Positions 41,014 to 50,245 of a stretch of DNA of 64,000 nt are shown in pieces; position 1 is the first letter of the stretch, and each line of letters opens with the position of its first letter. Under the pieces are notes generated by a model, which did no database searches, was not told the DNA's origin, and was given only the letters and a program-made list of their open reading frames with translations. Location: NCBI GenBank assembly GCA_045652205.1, contig JAZRTX010000012.1, positions 605 through 64,604 on the forward strand, written 5' to 3'. A program made the translations under genes and the position numbers. The DNA comes from Clostridia bacterium. GTDB lineage: Bacteria; Bacillota; Clostridia; Christensenellales; QALW01.

Positions 41014-42162
41014 CTATTCTTCATCCAAAACTTCTTTTCTGGCAAATTTCTCATAGGTTCCCACTTCGGCAAAATCAACCGAATATCTTGATTCTCCAAG
41101 TTTTGTAAAAACAACACAATCAATGCCAAAGATTTTAAGCATTTCATATGTTAAAAGCGTTTTTTCTGGCAATTCAAACACTTTTCGCAATAACCACTCA
41201 CCCAAAACTTTATTGGGATTGCTCATTATTGCCTTGTTGTCTTGTTGACACACCTTTGCCGAAATTATAGTTCCATCTGGTAGCAACAACTCAAAATTTT
41301 GGTCACGATTCGGAAAAAATCCTGCATATCTTTCTCTATCTTCGGCCGGAAATGGAATGTAGATTTCGTTTGCATTCCTTTTTCTGCCACTTGCATTCCA
41401 TTGATTTAAGCCACTTTTGGGTGCAACAAATTTTGTGCCGTTGGGTTTTGTAGAATACAAACGCAAACAAGCCTTATTTGTTGTATCAAAACTACCTTCT
41501 TGATTTGTAACGCTTTGAGTAATATTTTCCGCTAAACCCATCAAATAAATGTAGGGGTCATCAAGTATATCTACTGTAAACGAATCTAAAAGCTCCATAT
41601 CATCAAAAATCATATAGAGAGTATTTTTTGACATGCTAAAATGATAAACGTGTTTCCCATCGGTAAAATACGTGTTATTTATATTGCCACGTTCGGGTAA
41701 TAAAGTTATGTTTTCAATATCTATAGGCTCAAAAACATGTTCAAATATTTGCATCGTATTAGGAATACGTTTAACTATATGATAAATAAGATTATCTATG
41801 CCGTGTAAATTCTTTGTTATGCGAATACGTTCATTTCTAAATTCCGAAACTTTTTTTGCCAAATCTAGACCTGTTAATAGGCTTAACTTTTCTCTCAAAC
41901 TGTCAAACTCTGCAACCTTTTGATCATTATTTCCCATCCAAGTTTTTAAACCTACGCCTATTTTACCTTTTTTAGCATCGGCAGAACAATCGCTACGAGA
42001 TAAATTTTCGGCATCAAAGTATTTACAAAAAACATTTTCTTGAACTCTATATGGTAAGTAAGGACAAGCATTATCTGAAAATAAGCGTGTTAATTTACCA
42101 ATTATACCAAGCATTTGTTTATACTGTTGTTTTTGTTCTTCAGATTGCAAATCGTAAAACAT
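41014..42162 (-). CDS. Putative restriction endonuclease, NgoFVII-like C-terminal DNA-binding domain
   Basis: Adjacent to MTase; N-terminal EN...D...GLKT nuclease-like motif; KSGLNQWN...GRKR..EIYIP. Confidence 0.72.
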   Translation of the reverse strand: MFYDLQSEEQKQQYKQMLGIIGKLTRLFSDNACPYLPYRVQENVFCKYFDAENLSRSDCSADAKKGKIGVGLKTWMGNNDQKVAEFDSLREKLSLLTGLDLAKKVSEFRNERIRITKNLHGIDNLIYHIVKRIPNTMQIFEHVFEPIDIENITLLPERGNINNTYFTDGKHVYHFSMSKNTLYMIFDDMELLDSFTVDILDDPYIYLMGLAENITQSVTNQEGSFDTTNKACLRLYSTKPNGTKFVAPKSGLNQWNASGRKRNANEIYIPFPAEDRERYAGFFPNRDQNFELLLPDGTIISAKVCQQDNKAIMSNPNKVLGEWLLRKVFELPEKTLLTYEMLKIFGIDCVVFTKLGESRYSVDFAEVGTYEKFARKEVLDEE

Positions 42163-42325
42163 AATAACTCCTAAAATAAAGTTTTACTATATTATAGCAT
42201 TATCTTTTTGTTTTTTCAATCAGTTTTACGTAAACAAAAAGGTCGGTTCTTTAAAGCCGAGCTTTAAAGTTATGCAAATCAGTTTCATATAAAAAAAGGA
42301 AGATTTTTAATCTTCCTTTTATTTT

Positions 42326-42457
42326 TTAATTTCCGCCTAAATGTGAAAAGGTAAGCCAGCAAACGAAAAATCCAATAAGAAAGCCGACAATAACCATTAC
42401 AGGTATCCATTTTGTAATATCTATGGGCTTTTTTGTTTTTTCCTTTTTCTTTGCCAC
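42326..42457 (-). CDS. 43-aa single-pass membrane protein
   Basis: GAGGTG SD overlapping the hom stop, GTG start, MAKKKEKTKKPIDITKWIPVMVIVGFLIGFFVCWLTFSHLGGN, terminator 42291-42321. Confidence 0.7.
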   Translation of the reverse strand: MAKKKEKTKKPIDITKWIPVMVIVGFLIGFFVCWLTFSHLGGN

Positions 42458-42465
42458 GTTACACC

Positions 42466-43668
42466 TCAAAGTTCTATTATGCGGATGCTTGAAAGCAGAT
42501 TAAGCTTTTCAAACTTTGCAAAATGATTTTTGTTTATATCTTTTTCTAATATTGCGCCGATAATGCCGTTTTCGTTATAAACGATATCTGCATCGGGATA
42601 AAGGTTTAAAACATCTTCCTTAGAACTATCTGTTCTGATATACCAGGGTGAATAAAGTTCTTCCTGCTTTAAAACACTGCCCGGAATTTCATCCTGCCAG
42701 CCCCAGCCTTTAAGGAATTCAAAATGCTTGGCGGCATCTAAAATATCTGCAACAACTGCGCTTGCGGTGGGCAGTTTACCTGCGCCGCGGCCCGAAAGAA
42801 ATACGTCGCCTACTGCGTTACCCTGTAAAAGCACGCTGTTAAAAACGTCCTTTACCCCTGAAAGCAAGCTATCGTGGGGAACAAGTGCAGGTGCAACCAT
42901 TACTTTTTTGTTTTTGCCGTAATTTTCGCCCTGACCGATTAACTTAATTGAAAATCCGCATTCATCTGCAATAGCAACGTCTTCTAAAGAAATCTTTGTA
43001 ATGCCTTCTGCGTAAACATCCTTTGGATAAACGTGATTGCCAAAGGCAAGAGATGCTAAAATGCACATTTTTCTACAAGCGTCAATACCTTCAACGTCAG
43101 CAGTAGGGTCGGCTTCAGCATAGCCTAATTCTTGGGCGTTTTTTAAAGCATCAGAAAACGCAACGTTTTCTTCAATCATCTTTGTTAAAATATAGTTTGT
43201 TGTGCCGTTTAATATGCCAAAAAACTTTGTAATTTCGTTTGCAGCCATACAACGATGCATTGGGCGGATTAACGGAATACCACCGCCAACGCTCGCTTCA
43301 AAGAAATAGTTTACGTTGTTCGCTTTTGCTAATTCTAAAAGTTCATAACCCTTTTGGGCAACAAGCTCTTTATTGCTTGTTACAACGCTTTTACCTGCTT
43401 TTAAAGCGCGAACGGTGTAATCATAGGCAAAGGTTGCGCCACCGATAACTTCTGCAACCACTTTAATATCAGGGTCGTTTTCAATGATAGAAAAATCCTT
43501 TACAAACTTATCCTTATAAGGACTGTTCGGAAAATCCCTAATATCAAGAATATATTTAACGTTAAGTTGGTTTTCAAGCTTTGATGCGATATGTTCTTTA
43601 TTCATATCAATAAGTTCAACAACGCCTGAACCCACTGTACCGAATCCTAAAACTGCAACGTTTATCAT
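42466..43668 (-). CDS. hom: Homoserine dehydrogenase
   Basis: GFGTVGSG, VVTSNK, EASVGGGIP, NGTTNYIL, GAGKLPTASA. Confidence 0.96.
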   Translation of the reverse strand: MINVAVLGFGTVGSGVVELIDMNKEHIASKLENQLNVKYILDIRDFPNSPYKDKFVKDFSIIENDPDIKVVAEVIGGATFAYDYTVRALKAGKSVVTSNKELVAQKGYELLELAKANNVNYFFEASVGGGIPLIRPMHRCMAANEITKFFGILNGTTNYILTKMIEENVAFSDALKNAQELGYAEADPTADVEGIDACRKMCILASLAFGNHVYPKDVYAEGITKISLEDVAIADECGFSIKLIGQGENYGKNKKVMVAPALVPHDSLLSGVKDVFNSVLLQGNAVGDVFLSGRGAGKLPTASAVVADILDAAKHFEFLKGWGWQDEIPGSVLKQEELYSPWYIRTDSSKEDVLNLYPDADIVYNENGIIGAILEKDINKNHFAKFEKLNLLSSIRIIEL

Positions 43669-43819
43669 TTAAAAAATCCTTTCAAACTTTGTATATTTAT
43701 ATTTTATGATATATTTTAATTTATGGCAAGTGTTTTAAATGATATTTAGGTTAAAAAAACAAAATATAACAAAAACAGGCGCATAAATAAGCTACACCTG
43801 TTTTTTATTAAATAGCGAT

Positions 43820-43995
43820 CTACCACTCAAGCCATTCCATATCTGATTCCACTTCCCAAAAAAATGGATTTCAAAAGAATATATTTGGTCATTAGTGTTA
43901 TATATCAAACCCTAAAAAATATTTTGTTCCGTTATACATAATAGTTTCCTATTAAAAAGTTATTATATCAATAAATCCTGATCTCCATTTATCAT
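43820..43995 (-). pseudogene. Decayed homolog of the adjacent immunity-like gene
   Basis: MINGD, frameshift, FIDIITF**ETIMYNGTKYFLG ... FWEVESDMEWLEW*, echoing both ends of 44013-44330. Confidence 0.55.
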
Positions 43996-44012
43996 TTTAT
44001 AATCGCCACCGA

Positions 44013-44330
44013 TTAGGAATATTCTATTACAATTTCATTTTCAATATCATAAAAAGATTTATTATCAAAAATTAGGGCTTTGAGAAAAGATTCAATGCTT
44101 TCATTTCCATCTTCCATTCTTTTTGAATAAACCTCTTCCCAAGTTTTTGGTTCGGCTTTTTGTTCATAAAATGGTTGGTCAGATTTAATTACTTCAATAA
44201 TGTGATATTTAGGTGTAGAATTTATTTCCCAACCACAATTTATCATATAATACCAATTATTAAAATGCAATTCTATATCAGCACCGTAATACAACTTGTC
44301 GTACAACTCATTAAATGTTAATCCTTTCAC
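44013..44330 (-). CDS. Small acidic/aromatic protein, putative immunity protein
   Basis: GTG 2 nt after the toxin-like gene stop; 105 aa, rich in E/Y/F/W. Confidence 0.6.
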   Translation of the reverse strand: MKGLTFNELYDKLYYGADIELHFNNWYYMINCGWEINSTPKYHIIEVIKSDQPFYEQKAEPKTWEEVYSKRMEDGNESIESFLKALIFDNKSFYDIENEIVIEYS

Positions 44331-44332
44331 AA

Positions 44333-44698
44333 TTAGCGCCCCCTAAAAAATTTCTTGTATTTTTTATATTCATCATCGGTTAGTGTTCGCCCAAGAGGGT
44401 CACGTATTCCATTATTATATTCGTGAATATGAAAAATGGGATTATAATGACCAGATATTTTTCTTTCCGGGTGATAATCAATGTCAAATTTAGAAGTATG
44501 ATTAGAGTTAAATTCACGGAATCTCACAAAATTTCCTGCACTGTCTGTTAAGATATAGGCATTACTACTGTGTGATTCTTCCGGTAAATTATGCTTACCA
44601 CCTAATCCTTGAAGGACCTTTACGCCATCAATTTTTTCCACGGTTTCATAACTATATGGAACAGAATTACCGCTTGCAAATGTTCCTCTGCCACCCAT
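44333..44698 (-). CDS. MGGRG-headed protein with putative Ntox24-like nuclease domain
   Basis: SD AAAGGTGG; ATG 1 nt after the DUF4417 stop; RxF...DIDY-H...H...HIHEY...R..LT motif. Confidence 0.6.
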   Translation of the reverse strand: MGGRGTFASGNSVPYSYETVEKIDGVKVLQGLGGKHNLPEESHSSNAYILTDSAGNFVRFREFNSNHTSKFDIDYHPERKISGHYNPIFHIHEYNNGIRDPLGRTLTDDEYKKYKKFFRGR

Positions 44699-44699
44699 A

Positions 44700-45323
44700 T
44701 TAGCGCACCACCTTTCGTGATGCCATATAATCAACGGCGATTATATTTCCTTGCATTTCGGGAAATGGCGAACCAAAACATATTATTTTTGAAGGCTGGA
44801 TTCTTTTTAGCATTTCGTTATAGCCACGCATAAAATGGAGTTTTGATTGTTTGCACCCAATCATACCTACCGCTACAATACTGCCTTGCTCAATGCCGTC
44901 AAAGCAAAATTCAAAACTGCGAGCATCGCTCCAACTGACTGTTGGGATTACAGTTTTTCCTTTGCTTTGCCAATAAGCACCTACCCAACGATTTTTTGCA
45001 ACACTTTCAAGCTGACGCCAAAAATCCATATCTGCATAGGTGGAGAAGTCAGGTGAAAGTAAGAATGCATACTGTGAATATCTTTCTAAGGTTCTTTCAG
45101 GATTATCATAAATCCCATTGAAACGATAATCATCAACAAAAAAGTGAACGCCTTTTTTCTTATTTTCTTCATTATCGTTTGCTCTTGTGTCAGAGCACGC
45201 CACCAACATAATATCATTGGTGGAAAGCTCTTGCTTTTTGATAAGAGGGATGCCCCACTTACCGACTGAATCAAAATTGTTACGCATAAATAGAGGGTTA
45301 TCCCTCATTGATTTACTGGTCAT
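44700..45323 (-). CDS. DUF4417-like protein
   Basis: VHFFVDDYRF, SPDFSTYAD, NRWVGAYWQ, VIPTVSW, FCFDGI. Confidence 0.85.
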   Translation of the reverse strand: MTSKSMRDNPLFMRNNFDSVGKWGIPLIKKQELSTNDIMLVACSDTRANDNEENKKKGVHFFVDDYRFNGIYDNPERTLERYSQYAFLLSPDFSTYADMDFWRQLESVAKNRWVGAYWQSKGKTVIPTVSWSDARSFEFCFDGIEQGSIVAVGMIGCKQSKLHFMRGYNEMLKRIQPSKIICFGSPFPEMQGNIIAVDYMASRKVVR

Positions 45324-45343
45324 ATTATTACACCTCCGAAAAA

Positions 45344-45532
45344 TTATTTGTTTTTTTGCATAACATTTTTGCAGCAGAAAGTTCTACATTTTGTGCGATT
45401 TCTGTTGCATTTTTCTCCGGAATGTGCTAATATGTACTTACCAAGGTACGAATGGCAACATTCGGAGAGAAGCACTGTATTGATTGCGGGAACAATCTTT
45501 ACGGTGTTTTCTTTTTGTCTTGTAACAAGCAA
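45344..45532 (-). CDS. Possible 62-aa leader ORF spanning the structured leader
   Basis: AAGGCGGTGA SD-like sequence before TTG; could be a by-product of the RNA structure. Confidence 0.3.
   Translation of the reverse strand: MLVTRQKENTVKIVPAINTVLLSECCHSYLGKYILAHSGEKCNRNRTKCRTFCCKNVMQKNK
45440..45516 (+). ncRNA. Predicted antisense RNA
   Basis: TTGCAT-17-TAATAT promoter (45405-45433); GCAA-tetraloop hairpin; long terminator hairpin plus T-run. Confidence 0.55.
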
Positions 45533-45558
45533 ATTATATCACCGCCTTTTCTTTAATA

Positions 45559-46083
45559 TTAATATTTTAAGCGTTTATCGGCCGCAGCTTTTGAAACACC
45601 AAAACTATTCATAAGTTCTTTTGCTGACATTCCGACAGTTACATCATAAGGCATCATAACCTCTCCAGCAAGAGCCATTACGACCCATTCAAGTCTTCTG
45701 TATGGGGGAACATCCTTTGTTAAACGCCTTGAAAAAATAGGTTTAAATCCGAGTTTATCAGCAAATACGTGCATAATTTCATGCATTATGTGCATACGGT
45801 GACCACCCGTGCCTTTTTCATAGGCTCCACTATATACAGAGTCTTTTATTTGAATCAAATATCCATCTGCGTTTATTTCACATTGCGCAGGTACATTACC
45901 GGGAAGCTTATCGTTATATACTATTTCATATCTTACATCTTCAAAGCCATCAAGGTCAGGCAATTTATCAAGAAGTACGATAGGGTCAATAGGCTCGTCA
46001 ACAGAAAGACCACAAATCGCCCTAAAAAACTTTGCGCAATGACGCAATTCGTTTCTGCTTGTGGGTCTAATCTCGTAATCCAT
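45559..46083 (-). CDS. ImmA/IrrE family zinc metallopeptidase
   Basis: RMHIMHEIMH (HExxH), LEW...LAGEVMMP, FGVSKAAA; TGATG overlap with the HTH gene. Confidence 0.85.
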   Translation of the reverse strand: MDYEIRPTSRNELRHCAKFFRAICGLSVDEPIDPIVLLDKLPDLDGFEDVRYEIVYNDKLPGNVPAQCEINADGYLIQIKDSVYSGAYEKGTGGHRMHIMHEIMHVFADKLGFKPIFSRRLTKDVPPYRRLEWVVMALAGEVMMPYDVTVGMSAKELMNSFGVSKAAADKRLKY

Positions 46084-46445
46084 CAATCGTCCTCCTTGTT
46101 AAGAAGTTTCATAATGGCGGTCGCTGTATCATCGTCAAGTTTTTCAAACGAACGTTGAAACTGTACTGCCAATCTACGTTGAGTATTGTTAGTAGATACC
46201 AGGTTGATTTTTACCTGAGTTTTTGACTGTTCAACAGCTTCGTATAAATCCGCTTCTTCTTCTGCGTTTAAATTGTAATGTTCAATAAGAATGGGAATCC
46301 ATTCATCTGGAACATTCCTTTTTCCTCTTTCAACTGTGGATACAAAAGGAATTTTTACATCAAATAATTTTGCTGTATCACCCATAACCTCGTGATTTTT
46401 TACTCTCTGTATTCTCATAAATTCTCCAAACTTCGTATAACTCAC
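46083..46445 (-). CDS. XRE-family HTH regulator
   Basis: TKFGEFMRIQR...TAKLFDV...FVSTVERGKRNVP; GTG start with SD. Confidence 0.85.
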   Translation of the reverse strand: MSYTKFGEFMRIQRVKNHEVMGDTAKLFDVKIPFVSTVERGKRNVPDEWIPILIEHYNLNAEEEADLYEAVEQSKTQVKINLVSTNNTQRRLAVQFQRSFEKLDDDTATAIMKLLNKEDD

Positions 46446-46470
46446 ATTCTTCACCCTTTCTTTCCAATTA

Positions 46471-46526
46471 ATTATATCACCATTTAAACCAAAAGTCAAT
46501 AATTAATTTAATCATTTTTTGATTAA
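46471..46526 (-). promoter_or_regulatory. SigA promoter with adjacent palindromic candidate operator
   Basis: TTGACT-17-TATAAT (46499-46471); TTAATCA-N5-TGATTAA at 46508-46526. Confidence 0.65.
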
Positions 46527-46539
46527 CTTAATACATAAC

Positions 46540-46571
46540 AAAACACCGCAAGAATTTTCTTGCGGTGTTTA
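46540..46571 (-). terminator. rpoC terminator
   Basis: AAAACACCGCAAGAA/TTCTTGCGGTGTTTT. Confidence 0.85.
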
Positions 46572-46577
46572 TTTTTA

Positions 46578-49500
46578 TTATGCGTTTACTGCTTCAGCTT
46601 CAACAGTTTCTTCTGAAAGTGCTTCAACTTCTGCTTCTGCATTTTTGCGGATAACGTTAATATCAATATCCTTATATCTCTTTACGCCTGTACCTGCAGG
46701 GATAAGCTTACCGATACATACGCATTCTTTAAGACCAAGAAGCGGGTCAATCTTGCCCTTAATAGCGGCATCTGTAAGAACCCTTGTGGTTTCCTGGAAG
46801 GATGCGGCTGAAAGGAATGATTCAGTTGCAAGGGCAGCCTTTGTAATACCAAGAAGGATTCTACGGCTTGTAGCAGGAATACCGCCTGCAAGACGGGTTT
46901 CCTCGTTAACCTTTTCAACCTTAAAGATATCAACAACGTCGCCGGGAAGAAGATCAGTATCGCCCGCATCTTCAATACGAACTTTACGAAGCATCTGGCG
47001 AACAATTAACTCAATATGCTTATCAGCAATATCAACGCCCTGTACCTTATAAACAGTCTGAACCTCTTTGAGCATATAATCCTGAAGTGGAACTACACCC
47101 TTAATTTTAAGTAAATCGTGGGGGTTTACTGAACCCTTTGTAAGCTCCTGACCAACTTCAACCTGCTGACCTTCTTCAACAGCAAGGTGAGCATTGTAAG
47201 GAAGGGGATAGTTCTTTTCTTCGCCATCAGAGGTAACGATGCTTACGCTACCCTTACCGCGAATATTGTTAACTTCAACCTTACCTGAAACGTCAGAAAG
47301 AATTGCAAGTCCTTTTGGCTTACGTGCTTCAAAGATTTCTTCAACACGGGGAAGACCCTGTGTAATATCTGTACCTGCAACACCACCGGTGTGGAAGGTT
47401 CTCATTGTAAGCTGAGTACCGGGTTCACCGATTGACTGTGCTGCGATAATACCAACAGCTTCACCGATAGCAACGGGCTTATTGTTTGAAAGGTCAGCAC
47501 CGTAGCACTTAGCGCAAACACCGTGTTCGCAACGACAGGTGAAGATTGAACGGATCATAACCTTTGTTCTGCCTAAGCCACCCTTTTCTTTGGGAAGGGT
47601 AATCTTATCAGCAATTTCATCGGTTACTAATGTACCGTCAGTAAACACAACGTTGCCGTTTTCGTCTACAATATCTTCAGCAAGTGTTCTGTTCTTGATA
47701 CGTTCTGCAACGGTTTCAATAACTGAACCATCGTGAATAATATCTTCAACGTAAACACCGTTAGGTGTGTTGATTGATGAATGATTCTGATGGCAATCTT
47801 CTTCACGAACGATAACGTCCTGACAAACGTCAACAAGACGTCTTGTAAGGTAACCGGAGTCAGCTGTACGGAGAGCCGTATCAGCAAGACCTTTACGTGT
47901 TCCGTGTGAAGACATGAAGAAGTCAATAATTGTAAGACCTTCACGGAAGTTTGCCTTAACGGGAATTTCAATAGTTCTACCTGATGGGTCAGCCATCAAG
48001 CCACGCATACCTGCAAGCTGTGTAATCTGTGATTTGTTACCACGAGCACCGGATACAGCCATCATGTTGATGGGGTTGAACTTATCAAGACCGTTCATAA
48101 GCTGAACTGTAACGTCGTCCTTGGCGATACGCCAGGTATCAATAACTGCACGGTATCTTTCTTCTTCGGAATAGAATCCGCGTTTTGCCAAATCGTTGAT
48201 TTTTGCAACGTGCGCATCTGCTTTTTCAAGGATTTCCTTTTTAGCCTTAGGAATAACAGCATCCTTAACACCAACGGTAATTGCACCGCGGGTTGCATAC
48301 TGGAAGCCCTGTGCCTTAATAGCGTCAAGCATCTGTGCAGTAATTGCTTCACCGTGAACGGTGTAGCACTTATAAACAACCTTGTTAAGTGATTTCTTAT
48401 CAATTAAGAAGCCGATTTCAAGGTCAAATTCGTGTTCGGGATCGTTTCTGTCAACAAAGCCGATATCCTGTGGAACTGCGCGGTTAAAGATAATCTTACC
48501 AACGGTTGTCTGAATAATCTTTGAACGTGTTACACCGTTTTCGTCAGTCTTTGACATACGAACGTTTGTCATTGACTGTAAGCCAAGATTGCCCATTTCG
48601 TAAGCAAGAACTGCTTCTTCAGGTGAAGAGAAAGTTCTGTCTAACGCAGGCTTATCATCGCGAACGATAGTAAGATAGTATGAACCGATAATCATATCCT
48701 GTGTGGGTACAACTACGGGTCTGCCGTCAGCAGGTTTAAGAATATTGTTTTCAGCAAGCATTAAGAAACGTGCTTCAGCCTGTGCTTCTACTGAAAGTGG
48801 AACGTGGCAGGGCATCTGGTCGCCGTCAAAGTCAGCGTTAAATGCGGTACAAACCAATGGGTGTAATTTAATTGCACGGCCATCAACAAGTACAGGTTCA
48901 AATGCCTGGATACCAAGGCGGTGAAGTGTAGGAGCACGGTTTAAAAGAACGGGATGACCCTGAATAACTTCTTCTAAAACGTCCCAAACCTCAGCAGTAC
49001 CTCTTTCAATAAGACGCTTTGCGCCACGGATATTCTGTGCAAGGTTTAATTCAACAAGGCGCTTCATAACGAAGGGCTTGAAAAGTTCAATAGCCATTTC
49101 CTTAGGAAGACCGCACTGATGCATTTTAAGTTCAGGACCAACAACGATAACTGAACGGCCTGAATAGTCAACACGCTTACCTAAAAGGTTCTGACGGAAA
49201 CGACCCTGCTTACCGCGAAGCATATCTGAAAGTGATTTTAACGGACGGTTGCCGGGGCCTGTAACAGGGCGACCGCGGCGGCCGTTATCAATTAAAGCGT
49301 CAACAGCTTCCTGAAGCATACGCTTTTCGTTTCTGATAATAATATCAGGTGCGCTTAATTCAAGAAGGCGTTTAAGACGGTTGTTACGGTTAATTACACG
49401 GCGATAAAGATCGTTAAGATCACTTGAAGCAAATCTGCCGCCATCAAGCTGTACCATGGGGCGAATTTCCGGTGGGATAACAGGAACAACGTCCATAATC

Positions 49501-50198
49501 ATCCATTCAGGCTTGTTGCCTGATTTACGGAAGGATTCTACAACTTCAAGGCGCTTAATTACCTTAGCTTTCTTTTGTGTAGATTTAGTTTCCTTTAAGC
49601 TTTCAAGTTCGCTTCTTAAATTAGCAGCAACTTCGTCAAGATCAATTGCACGAAGAAGTTCACGAACTGCTTCTGCACCCATACCTGCACGGAATGAGCC
49701 GATATTGATTTCACTATCCATTACCTCACGGTAATCGGCATCGGAAATAACATCCTGAACTTTATATGCTGTTGCGCCTGCATCAAGAACGATAAAGGCT
49801 GCAAAATACAGTACTTTTTCAAGTTCCTTAGGAGAAACGTCAAGCAAAATGCTCATTCTTGAAGGAATACCCTTAAAGTACCAGATATGTGAAACAGGAG
49901 CAGCAAGTGCAATATGGCCCATTCTTTCACGGCGAACTTTTGCGCGGGTTACTTCAACACCGCAACGTTCGCAGACAAGTCCCTTATATCTTGCGCCCTT
50001 TTTGTACTTACCGCAAGAACATTCCCAGTCTTTTGTGGGTCCAAAGATCTTTTCGCAGAAAAGACCTTCGCGTTCAGGCTTTAAAGTACGGTAATTTATA
50101 GTTTCAGGCTTGGTAACCTCGCCGTAAGACCATTCAAGGATCTTCTCGGCGGGGGCAAGACCTATTTGTATTGAATCAAAATTATTAAGTTCAAACAA
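46578..50198 (-). CDS. rpoC: RNA polymerase beta-prime subunit
   Basis: [18 protein letters not shown], Zn-finger Cys, [13 protein letters not shown]. Confidence 0.99.
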   Translation of the reverse strand: MFELNNFDSIQIGLAPAEKILEWSYGEVTKPETINYRTLKPEREGLFCEKIFGPTKDWECSCGKYKKGARYKGLVCERCGVEVTRAKVRRERMGHIALAAPVSHIWYFKGIPSRMSILLDVSPKELEKVLYFAAFIVLDAGATAYKVQDVISDADYREVMDSEINIGSFRAGMGAEAVRELLRAIDLDEVAANLRSELESLKETKSTQKKAKVIKRLEVVESFRKSGNKPEWMIMDVVPVIPPEIRPMVQLDGGRFASSDLNDLYRRVINRNNRLKRLLELSAPDIIIRNEKRMLQEAVDALIDNGRRGRPVTGPGNRPLKSLSDMLRGKQGRFRQNLLGKRVDYSGRSVIVVGPELKMHQCGLPKEMAIELFKPFVMKRLVELNLAQNIRGAKRLIERGTAEVWDVLEEVIQGHPVLLNRAPTLHRLGIQAFEPVLVDGRAIKLHPLVCTAFNADFDGDQMPCHVPLSVEAQAEARFLMLAENNILKPADGRPVVVPTQDMIIGSYYLTIVRDDKPALDRTFSSPEEAVLAYEMGNLGLQSMTNVRMSKTDENGVTRSKIIQTTVGKIIFNRAVPQDIGFVDRNDPEHEFDLEIGFLIDKKSLNKVVYKCYTVHGEAITAQMLDAIKAQGFQYATRGAITVGVKDAVIPKAKKEILEKADAHVAKINDLAKRGFYSEEERYRAVIDTWRIAKDDVTVQLMNGLDKFNPINMMAVSGARGNKSQITQLAGMRGLMADPSGRTIEIPVKANFREGLTIIDFFMSSHGTRKGLADTALRTADSGYLTRRLVDVCQDVIVREEDCHQNHSSINTPNGVYVEDIIHDGSVIETVAERIKNRTLAEDIVDENGNVVFTDGTLVTDEIADKITLPKEKGGLGRTKVMIRSIFTCRCEHGVCAKCYGADLSNNKPVAIGEAVGIIAAQSIGEPGTQLTMRTFHTGGVAGTDITQGLPRVEEIFEARKPKGLAILSDVSGKVEVNNIRGKGSVSIVTSDGEEKNYPLPYNAHLAVEEGQQVEVGQELTKGSVNPHDLLKIKGVVPLQDYMLKEVQTVYKVQGVDIADKHIELIVRQMLRKVRIEDAGDTDLLPGDVVDIFKVEKVNEETRLAGGIPATSRRILLGITKAALATESFLSAASFQETTRVLTDAAIKGKIDPLLGLKECVCIGKLIPAGTGVKRYKDIDINVIRKNAEAEVEALSEETVEAEAVNA

Positions 50199-50245
50199 GG
50201 CTTCATCTTCCTCTCTTCAATTTGTCATTAGGTGCGGATTGAATA

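Noticed and set aside
43820-46526. Intact prophage or ICE
   Set aside because: No integrase, replication, structural or conjugation genes in the island
43765-46545. Target-site duplication around the DUF4417 island (ATAACAAAA near both ends)
   Set aside because: Only about 9 AT-rich bases next to terminator tails; expected by chance
46519-47052. 177-aa ORF antisense to rpoC, and similar antisense or alternate-frame ORFs over infB, the ATPase, rny, rpoB and rpoA
   Set aside because: Shadow frames of strongly codon-biased genes; no SD or recognisable motifs
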